A stretch of DNA of 25,279 bases, taken from the IMG/VR virus record IMGVR_UViG_3300030372_000525, positions 1 to 25,279 of that record. One strand, 5' to 3'. Below are positions 7,548 to 15,516 of the stretch, in pieces. The position numbers and the translations under genes were made by a program. The stretch is from a virus. Lineage: Duplodnaviria > Caudoviricetes. Position 1 is the first letter of the stretch. The number at the start of each line of letters is the position of its first letter. Under the pieces are notes generated by a model. That model was not told the origin of the DNA, ran no database searches, and saw only the letters and a list, made by a program, of their open reading frames with translations.

Positions 7548-8153
7548 ATGGTCTTAACTCTCACTACAGAACTAGAAGCTATCAATAAAGTTCTACAAAT
7601 GTCAGGTGAAGCTCCTGTCAGTAGTACGGTTGGACAAGTAGGTATTGCGAAGCAAGCTCAAGATGCTTTGAACAGTGCAAGCCGAGAAGTTCAATCAGAA
7701 GGATGGAGTTTTAATACTGATTATGAAAAGACACTTACAAGAAATAGTTCTAATGAAATTGAAACAGGAGTAACAACTACCAAGGCTATGGTAGATCCTG
7801 CTTTATATCCTGAGTATGACATTATCCTTAGAAACGGTAGGTTATACGATAGGAAAACTCATAGCTTTACTTTCACTGAGGATTTAAAAGTAGATGTAAC
7901 AACGATCCTTGATTGGTTGGAGCTACCTGAATATGCAAGAAGATACATCATGGTTAGAGCTGGCAGACAATTACAAGAATCAGTTGTAGGTAGTGAAGAC
8001 TATGCAAAGATTAATATTACTGCTGAACTAGAAGCACGAAGTCAATTCTTAGAAGAAGAAACAACAACAGATGAGCACAGTATGCTACGAGGAAACACAA
8101 ACCACACTGGTCACTTCTCTACCTATCGTCCTAGTCGTGCTCTTAGAAGGTAA
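7548..8153 (+). CDS. gp11: Tail tubular protein A / adaptor (T7 gp11-like)
   Basis: Motifs TELEAIN..L...GEAPV, SREVQSEGWSFNT, R.GRLYD and LPE.AR.YI..RA; first gene after the capsid terminator. Confidence 0.95.
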   Translation: MVLTLTTELEAINKVLQMSGEAPVSSTVGQVGIAKQAQDALNSASREVQSEGWSFNTDYEKTLTRNSSNEIETGVTTTKAMVDPALYPEYDIILRNGRLYDRKTHSFTFTEDLKVDVTTILDWLELPEYARRYIMVRAGRQLQESVVGSEDYAKINITAELEARSQFLEEETTTDEHSMLRGNTNHTGHFSTYRPSRALRR

Positions 8154-8155
8154 CT

Positions 8156-10912
8156 ATGCCACTTGTCAGTAAGTCAATTCCAAACTTAATCAATGGTGTT
8201 AGTCAGCAGCCATCAGCATTAAGACTTGCTTCTCAGGCTGAAGCAGTTGTTAATTGTATCCCTAGTTCTGTTGAAGGATTAAAGAAACGACCTCCTTTCT
8301 ATCATCAGAATAGATTGTTTACTGGTAGTGCAGGAAGTACTAGACCCTTTAGCCATATCGTTGATCGTGATGGAAATGTTCAATACATTGTTTATATAAC
8401 TGATGGAGATATAAAAGTATTTAGTCTTGCAGGTGTAGCTCAGACAGTTACTTACCAACAATATGATGGCAATGGAAATGAAGTATCGAGTGGTGGTACT
8501 AGCTGTCAGTCGTATTTAGATATTGCTAATACTTCTGAACCTGCTAATACATTTAGGCTGGCAAGTATTGCAGATAATACATTTATAACTAACAGAGAAA
8601 CTGTAGTTGAAATGGAATCAACTACTTCTCCTTCTTATACTCAAGCGACTGGATTAGTTTTTATTAGACAAGCTGATTACAACGTAAGTTATTCAGTTAC
8701 ATTAAATGCTACAGATCACGCTGAAACAAAAGAAGAATTTACTACACCTATTATTGGATCAGGTTCATCTTCTACTGCTCCTAGTAACAAAAGTGTTTGC
8801 GATGGATTAAGAGATCTAATTAATAATGATAGTGTTCTCGGCCCAGAATATACAGCGACAACAATAGAAGATTACTTACTTAAAATAGTCAAAGATGATG
8901 GAGGAACTTTCACTATAAAAGTTAGTGATACATTGGCTGATATGTTTATAGTTGGAATTAAAGGAGAAGTAGAAGCAATACAACAATTACCAGTTAAAGG
9001 AATCAATGGGCAAATTATAAAAATCATTGGCTCTACTGCAACAGCAGCAGATGATTACTATGTGAAATTTGAAACTACAGATGGAAGTACATCAGGTAAA
9101 GGTGTATGGAGAGAGACTGTTGCTCCTGGTATTGAATACAAATTAAAGGCAACCAAGATGCCTCATGTATTAATAAGAAATGCCAATGGAACTTTTACAT
9201 TTAAGAGACAAACATGGGGGAATAGAATTGCAGGTGATGCAACCAGTGCAAAGAATCCTCCTTTTGTTGGAGAGACTATAAAAAATTTAAACGTATTTAG
9301 AAATAGATTAGTAATGCTGTCGGATGAATATGCTTGCCTATCAGCAGCTGACGACTACACAAGGTTCTGGCCTGAGACTGTTCAAACAGTTGTAGATAGT
9401 GATCCTATTTTTATAAGTACAGGTGGTACTGATATTAACTTTCTAACTTCAAGTATGGCGTTTTCAAACACGCTTCTTTTATTTAGTAGAAGTGGTCAGT
9501 TCAGATTAGATACAGGTGCATCAGGAATAGGAGCACCACTGACACCAGCAACAGCAACTATAACAGCGATGACAAAGTACGATTCAAATGAATCAGTTGA
9601 TCCTATTGGTGTAGGTCGTACTGTTTTCTTTGCTGTTAACAAAGGAGATTTTAGTGGATTGCGTGAGTTCTATATTGCAGACGTAACAGGTTCAACTCCT
9701 ATCTCAGCAGAAGTAACAGCTTCAGTACCTCGATATATTCCTAAGAACTTAGTAGCAATAGCAGCATCAGTTTCAGAAGAAACAATAGTAATGATTAGCA
9801 AGGACGAACCAACACGTTTATATATTTATAAATTCCTATTTCAAGATGAAACTAAGCTACAATCTGCATGGTCTTACTGGGAAATAAAAGGAAGCAAATC
9901 CATTCTCTCAGCTACGATCTTAGACAGTGATCTTTATATTATTACTGAATATGCTGATGGTGTTTATCTAGAGAAAGCATCATTAAGACCAGAGACTGTT
10001 GATACTGGAACAGAGATTGAAGTCTTGTTAGATAGAAAAACAACAGAAGCTAATTGTACTTTTAGTGTTACTAACTCAGGTGGATTAAATGCTCAAACTA
10101 CAATTACCTTGCCCTATCCATTAGCGAATACAGGTGTAACAAAATTAGTAGGCAGACCTTTAACAGTAGGTGGAACAAACTATGCAGACATCAATAGTTT
10201 CCCTACATCACAACCTTCTACTAATGCAGTCATCACTATTGTTAATGGAGAAGGATTAGTTATCAGCAGCTCAGGAGGATCAACTACAGGTAAGACGACA
10301 GGTAATGCAACAGTTACTATTACTGACTTCCCTTCTTACTTACATAGCAAAACGATTCAAGCTAATGAAGCTATCTCTTTTACAAAGCAAGCTGCTACTA
10401 ATACTTATAAATTCAGAGGCTTAATCAAACTAAAGCATGGATCTGTTCTGACACCTACAGCTGAAACAGTAGGAGATGCCTCTAATAATGGAACTATTAC
10501 TGTTGATGGAGATGTAAGTACAACACCTTTTTATGTCGGTGAGCCATACGATATGACCTATGAGTTCAGCACTCCTTATTTAAAAGCTCAAGATGAATCA
10601 GGAACTATTTCTGTTTCACCTTCTCCATACTTAGGAATAAGAAAATGGTCTGTTGTCTTTGATAAGACTTCTGCTTTTGAATTAAAAGTTACTCCATACG
10701 GAAGAGCTACTTCTACTTATCCTTATAATGGTTTTCAGGTTGGACAAAGTGTATTAGGTCAAGTTGGAATACCAAAAGAAAGTTTCAGAGTTCCTGTTAT
10801 GACTAGAAATATTGATGCAAAGATTGAATTATTTAGCAACAGTCCACTACCTTGTATCTTTCAATCAGCTGAGTGGGAAGGCTGGCTACAAGAAAGAGCG
10901 AGGAGAATTTAA
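8156..10912 (+). CDS. gp12: Tail tubular protein B / nozzle (T7 gp12-like) with an inserted domain
   Basis: Motifs MPLVSKSIPNLINGVSQQP, GLKKRPP, WRETVAPG, MPHVL.R, FRNRL, QSAWS.W and terminal SAEWEG. Confidence 0.96.
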   Translation: MPLVSKSIPNLINGVSQQPSALRLASQAEAVVNCIPSSVEGLKKRPPFYHQNRLFTGSAGSTRPFSHIVDRDGNVQYIVYITDGDIKVFSLAGVAQTVTYQQYDGNGNEVSSGGTSCQSYLDIANTSEPANTFRLASIADNTFITNRETVVEMESTTSPSYTQATGLVFIRQADYNVSYSVTLNATDHAETKEEFTTPIIGSGSSSTAPSNKSVCDGLRDLINNDSVLGPEYTATTIEDYLLKIVKDDGGTFTIKVSDTLADMFIVGIKGEVEAIQQLPVKGINGQIIKIIGSTATAADDYYVKFETTDGSTSGKGVWRETVAPGIEYKLKATKMPHVLIRNANGTFTFKRQTWGNRIAGDATSAKNPPFVGETIKNLNVFRNRLVMLSDEYACLSAADDYTRFWPETVQTVVDSDPIFISTGGTDINFLTSSMAFSNTLLLFSRSGQFRLDTGASGIGAPLTPATATITAMTKYDSNESVDPIGVGRTVFFAVNKGDFSGLREFYIADVTGSTPISAEVTASVPRYIPKNLVAIAASVSEETIVMISKDEPTRLYIYKFLFQDETKLQSAWSYWEIKGSKSILSATILDSDLYIITEYADGVYLEKASLRPETVDTGTEIEVLLDRKTTEANCTFSVTNSGGLNAQTTITLPYPLANTGVTKLVGRPLTVGGTNYADINSFPTSQPSTNAVITIVNGEGLVISSSGGSTTGKTTGNATVTITDFPSYLHSKTIQANEAISFTKQAATNTYKFRGLIKLKHGSVLTPTAETVGDASNNGTITVDGDVSTTPFYVGEPYDMTYEFSTPYLKAQDESGTISVSPSPYLGIRKWSVVFDKTSAFELKVTPYGRATSTYPYNGFQVGQSVLGQVGIPKESFRVPVMTRNIDAKIELFSNSPLPCIFQSAEWEGWLQERARRI

Positions 10913-10914
10913 TA

Positions 10915-11376
10915 GTGGCAATCCTTAGACCTTCTGTTCTTTCAGATGTTTCTGTAGTAGCAGAGAACATGAGAGAAGAAGACACGAATGAAGTAAAAGC
11001 ACAGTCAGGAGCTTGTCCTAAAGGTGGATTGCTTTATGCTTATCTTATGTCTAAGCCTTGCTTAACAACTGTCAGTCGTCATGGTCATCTCATGTCAATG
11101 GGAGGTGTTGTTCCATCAGGTAAAAACATAGGTCGTATTTGGTTGCTAGGATCTCAATCAATGTTTGATGACTCTATTGATAAGAGATGGTTTTTAAGAA
11201 GCTCAAAGAAAACATTAGCTGAAATGCAGAAGCTATATCCTTTATTATTCAATGTAGTTGATGCTCGAAACGAAGTACATGTAAAATGGATTTCATGGCT
11301 AGGTTTTACCTTTATCAAAAAACATCTAAACTGGGGGCCAGAGAGTCGAATGTTTTATGAGTTCGTGAGGATTTAA
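10915..11376 (+). CDS. gp13: Internal virion protein A (T7 gp13-like, GNAT-like fold)
   Basis: Motifs MREED..EV.A, GRIWLLG, LFNVVDARNEVHVKWISWLGF. GTG 10915, preceded by AGGAG at 10901-10905, is preferred over the track start at 10873. Confidence 0.85.
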   Translation: MAILRPSVLSDVSVVAENMREEDTNEVKAQSGACPKGGLLYAYLMSKPCLTTVSRHGHLMSMGGVVPSGKNIGRIWLLGSQSMFDDSIDKRWFLRSSKKTLAEMQKLYPLLFNVVDARNEVHVKWISWLGFTFIKKHLNWGPESRMFYEFVRI

Positions 11377-11378
11377 TT

Positions 11379-12302
11379 ATGTGTGATCCCGTCTCTATTG
11401 TTATAGGTGTTGTCTCTGCTGGTCTTGGATTCGTCCAAAATCAACAGATGATAAAGGCACAAAATAGAGCAATAGAAGTACAGAATCAAAATGCTAGAGC
11501 ACAGTTTGATGTAGCAAAATTACAAACAGAAGCAAATAGATTTAGAGAAAGACAACAGTTTCAATCACAAGAATTAGCAAATGATACAAGTGAGTTCTTA
11601 GCTGATAGAGCGTTTGAGAAAGAAACACAGTCTATTAATATTCAACTTGCACAAGCACAAGAAGAAGCAGCAATTAAAAAACGAGAGAAAAAATTAGAAA
11701 CAGTGAGAGCAAAAGGAGAAATATTAGCGACAGGTAAAGGAGGATTAAATGTAGTTAATTTACTAGCTGATGTTGATAGTCAGTTTGCTCAATACGATTG
11801 GGGATCTAATAGGAATCTTGCGTTCGTTGGTTATCAAGGATCAACTGATAAAGAGAGTGCAAATATTAGAAGAGCAAGTAGGCTCGCATCATTGAATCCT
11901 TATATCCAACAACAATATATAGATCCTGCACGACCGATAGATCAACCGAAGATGAAGATGAATACAGGACTGGCATTGCTAAGTGCAGGTCTTTCAGGAG
12001 CTAGTGCAGGTATGTCTTGGAATACAGGTATGACTAATGCAGGTTATACATGGGGTAAAGGTGGATATTCAAAAACACCATCATCAAAACTATTGAAAGA
12101 AAATATATTTAAGTTAGGCACTTCAAAGGAAGGTCATAATGTTTACAAGTTTAATTACAAAGGTAATCCAACTAATTACATAGGTGTCATTGCTGAAGAA
12201 GTACAAAGGATTAAACCTCAAGCTGTTTCAAGATTATCTAATGGATTCCTTGGCGTTGATTACAATCTGATTGACGTTGACTTCCTTGTTCAAACAACTT
12301 AA
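11379..12302 (+). CDS. gp14: Internal virion protein B (T7 gp14-like) with C-terminal Peptidase_S74-like domain
   Basis: MCDP plus hydrophobic N-terminus, Q/A/E-rich helical body, and Gly/Ala/Ser-rich hydrophobic segment. The C-terminal ~73 aa read SSKLLKENI...VYKFNY...GVIAEEV....P.AV.....GFLGVDY. Confidence 0.85.
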   Translation: MCDPVSIVIGVVSAGLGFVQNQQMIKAQNRAIEVQNQNARAQFDVAKLQTEANRFRERQQFQSQELANDTSEFLADRAFEKETQSINIQLAQAQEEAAIKKREKKLETVRAKGEILATGKGGLNVVNLLADVDSQFAQYDWGSNRNLAFVGYQGSTDKESANIRRASRLASLNPYIQQQYIDPARPIDQPKMKMNTGLALLSAGLSGASAGMSWNTGMTNAGYTWGKGGYSKTPSSKLLKENIFKLGTSKEGHNVYKFNYKGNPTNYIGVIAEEVQRIKPQAVSRLSNGFLGVDYNLIDVDFLVQTT

Positions 12303-12304
12303 CT

Positions 12305-15300
12305 ATGGCAAAAGTTAGTAAGTACACTCATGGGAAGACCAAAGGGACTTCTGATAGACAAAGCTCTAGTAGAACTTCTGCTGCTCCAGGTGAAACAGGT
12401 GGTGTAATAAAAGACTTTAGATTGTCAGGCCCAGGTGCTAGTCAACCTATAAGAACCAATACTCAAGATTACTATCAGTCTCAAAAAATAAATTTCCCTA
12501 GTGCTCCTCAAATACCTGATGCACCAAAAGCTCCAGACGATAGCCAGAATTTAAGAAATCTATCTAATGCTTTCGGTGATCTAAATACAAACTTACAAAA
12601 ATTTGCTACTGAGTTTCCAAAGTTTCAAGCTTCTTTAGATAAGCAAGCTAGAGCAAAAGCAGAAATAAAAGTTGAATCTAATATGTCATTAAATAATGCA
12701 AAGAAAGTATTAGAACAAAAATCAGAAACAGATGCAGAAACTGCTAATTCTTATGGCATCTTTGCATCAATGGATCAAAGAGTAGAAAGAGAATATGCAG
12801 TTGTCTTAGCAAAACGAGAAGGGATGGATGCTATTACAAGTTTTCCAGAAGCAGTGGAAGAAATATATCAGAAAAGTTTTACAGATGAAAGTAGAAAAGA
12901 TGATACTGGAGCAATCATTCCTCTTAATCCTTCAACACCAGAATTTACAAAAATAGCTAATAATTATTTTGCGACTAAGATTACAAATCCTCAAGCAAGA
13001 TTAGAATTACAACCTCAAATTCAAGCAGCTATATATTCAGCAAGAAGATCTGTTAGTGCTACACATAAAGAATATAAAGATACTACAGCTGTTAATGGAA
13101 ATAAAAATGCTATTGGTATTCGGATTCAAGATGGTATTGAAGATGCCAAGAATGGTTTAACAGGAACATATACAAAGTTTAATCAAGAGTCAGGAGTCTC
13201 AATGAAGACTTATAATGAACGGACTCAACCTGATCAAATTGTTAGTGATGTTGCAGAACAAGTAGTCCTTGTTTCTAATAATGCAGGAGAGATAAATGCT
13301 AATTCAAAGATAGGTTGGGAGTTATTAAAAAACACAAGATTAGGAGCAGGAGAAGGTACAAAGTTAATTGATATGGTTGGAGAAAAAAAATTAAGACGTA
13401 TGTGGAATTTAGCTATTGGTAAACAAAAGAATGAAGCATCAAGAGTATTAGATACAGCAGATATAAAAGGAGCACAAAGCACAGCAGAAACAGATTTTGG
13501 AACTATTAATCAACAAGACGCAGATATGAGTACACCAGAGATTGATCCTATTTTAAATGGAGATAGTCAAAGAACTGTAATTGTAGATGGTAAACCTTAT
13601 TTAATTCCTTCTGGAGCAAATGCAATAAACATCACAGGAACTATTGGTAAAATAAATGAATTACAATTTGGTGCTTATGATAAATTCGCCACTGTTCAAG
13701 AAGCACAAGCATATATAAATAGACTTGAACAATTAAAAACAGGATTCTTAGATGGTCGTACTGCTGGACAAAGAGAAGAGAATTATTTATGGCTAAAAGA
13801 AACTACAGGTAATAGCCCAGATCAAGCTACTAGAAATAAACAACTGATTAATTATTTTTATAGAACAAAAAGAATAGATAGCGATCAGTATCAATTATTA
13901 AATGAAAGTATTAATCCTAATTACATTCAAGAAAAAGCAAATTATAACGAGCATGTTGGTGGAGATAAAGGAGTATTTAAGAGAGCAGATGCTTTCATAG
14001 AAAGTTATTGGACAGATAAAACTAAGATGAGTATGCCAGGATTAGATCAATGGCCTGACGATGATAGAACTGCTTTAGCAAAAGAAAAAGCTGAGTTTAA
14101 GACAGAAGTAGCTCGTATATTTAATATGAATATTCCATACGGAGAAAGGATTGATAAGATAGATCAATTATTGAAAGATAAGAAAGAAGAAATAAAAGAA
14201 AGAAGAAAAGAATTAAAAGAAAACAGAACAGGAAAAAGTGAAGATAATATTCAAGTTGGAACAGATAAGCAAACTAATAACAATCAAACTAATAACAATC
14301 AAGGTGATACTCAATCATTTACTTATCAAACTCCAAGGGAATTAATTAACGACTTAGATGGAGGTTTAAATGGAAGAGGTAATCCTCAACAAAATAGTTC
14401 TTTAGTAACAGCAGCTAGAGAAGATACTTTATATTCAACCCCAATACTTGCTCGTCAAATAGATTTAATTGAAGACTATGCAATAGTTTTAGAAAATAAA
14501 AATTGGACTGGAAAAAACTTACCTTTCTGGAATTGGTTGCCAACAGCTGAGATGGCAGTAGGTGAAGGTATTGGAACTCCAAAAGCAAAATCTTTATTAC
14601 CAAGAGCTTTAAGTTATGGGCAAGAAACAAAAGCTATTCTTCGCAGAATTGATAAAGATATGTCGCCTAAAGAATATTTTATAATTCAAGCAAAACTACA
14701 TAATATTCCTCTCAGTGCAAAATTCTATGAGCGTTTAGATAGAGTTTTCCCTGATGAACGTAATAGTCAATTTCAATTTCAAGAAGTAAAAAAAAACAAT
14801 GAAGTAAGCTCTTCAATATCAGACCAAGGAACATTAATAGCATCAACAGATTTATCAGGAATATTAAAGAAAGAGCCAACACCACCACCTCGGATAGATC
14901 CATCTGACGATAAGGATTTATATCCAGAAGGTATAGAAGCAGGTAGTTATGTATTACCTAAAGATGTAACTGATGATAAGAAATTTGTATCAGCAGTCGA
15001 AAAACTATCTACTGAATTAAAAATACCAGTCAATTACTTATGGGCAGTAATGGGATTTGAAACAGGTGGAACATTTGATCCAGCACAGAAAAATGCAGCA
15101 GGTTCAGGTGCTGTTGGATTAATTCAATTTATGCCAGCAACTCTTAAAGAGTGGGGAGTAACAACTGAACAAGCTGCCAAGATGACAAGAGTAGAACAAC
15201 TTGAATTAGTTAAGAAACATCTGAAGAGATGGACAAGACCAGGAGATGATTTTAGAGATGTCTATATGTCAATCCTTTTCCCAGTAGCAGCAGGGAAACC

Positions 15301-15511
15301 AAATAATTATGTTCTATTTACTAAGGGAACAAAAGAAAAACCAAGCACTAGATACGATCAGAACATTGGCCTAGATAAAAACAAAGATGGAACAATAACT
15401 AAAGAAGAAGCAGCTAGTTCAATACTTCAATACTTACCTCCTTTACCAGTAAAAGAAGTGCCTAAGAACAAAGATTCCAGTACCATAGGTGGAAGGTCTA
15501 ATATTGCGTAG
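12305..15511 (+). CDS. gp15: Internal virion protein C (gp15 position) with C-terminal lytic transglycosylase-like domain
   Basis: Assigned by position and size. The C-terminus has AVMGFETGGTF (candidate catalytic Glu at 15059-15061), GAVGLIQFMP.T (SLT motif II) and the EF-hand-like loop DKNKDGTITKEE. Confidence 0.8.
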   Translation: MAKVSKYTHGKTKGTSDRQSSSRTSAAPGETGGVIKDFRLSGPGASQPIRTNTQDYYQSQKINFPSAPQIPDAPKAPDDSQNLRNLSNAFGDLNTNLQKFATEFPKFQASLDKQARAKAEIKVESNMSLNNAKKVLEQKSETDAETANSYGIFASMDQRVEREYAVVLAKREGMDAITSFPEAVEEIYQKSFTDESRKDDTGAIIPLNPSTPEFTKIANNYFATKITNPQARLELQPQIQAAIYSARRSVSATHKEYKDTTAVNGNKNAIGIRIQDGIEDAKNGLTGTYTKFNQESGVSMKTYNERTQPDQIVSDVAEQVVLVSNNAGEINANSKIGWELLKNTRLGAGEGTKLIDMVGEKKLRRMWNLAIGKQKNEASRVLDTADIKGAQSTAETDFGTINQQDADMSTPEIDPILNGDSQRTVIVDGKPYLIPSGANAINITGTIGKINELQFGAYDKFATVQEAQAYINRLEQLKTGFLDGRTAGQREENYLWLKETTGNSPDQATRNKQLINYFYRTKRIDSDQYQLLNESINPNYIQEKANYNEHVGGDKGVFKRADAFIESYWTDKTKMSMPGLDQWPDDDRTALAKEKAEFKTEVARIFNMNIPYGERIDKIDQLLKDKKEEIKERRKELKENRTGKSEDNIQVGTDKQTNNNQTNNNQGDTQSFTYQTPRELINDLDGGLNGRGNPQQNSSLVTAAREDTLYSTPILARQIDLIEDYAIVLENKNWTGKNLPFWNWLPTAEMAVGEGIGTPKAKSLLPRALSYGQETKAILRRIDKDMSPKEYFIIQAKLHNIPLSAKFYERLDRVFPDERNSQFQFQEVKKNNEVSSSISDQGTLIASTDLSGILKKEPTPPPRIDPSDDKDLYPEGIEAGSYVLPKDVTDDKKFVSAVEKLSTELKIPVNYLWAVMGFETGGTFDPAQKNAAGSGAVGLIQFMPATLKEWGVTTEQAAKMTRVEQLELVKKHLKRWTRPGDDFRDVYMSILFPVAAGKPNNYVLFTKGTKEKPSTRYDQNIGLDKNKDGTITKEEAASSILQYLPPLPVKEVPKNKDSSTIGGRSNIA
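14270..14302 (+). repeat. 15-bp perfect tandem duplication (QTNNN x2) in gp15
   Basis: caaactaataacaat caaactaataacaat caa read directly. Confidence 0.9.
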
Positions 15512-15516
15512 AGCTA

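Noticed and set aside
10873-10914. Track start for gp13 at 10873
   Set aside because: It overlaps the conserved gp12 end. GTG 10915 has an AGGAG site and fits the stop+2 nt junction pattern.
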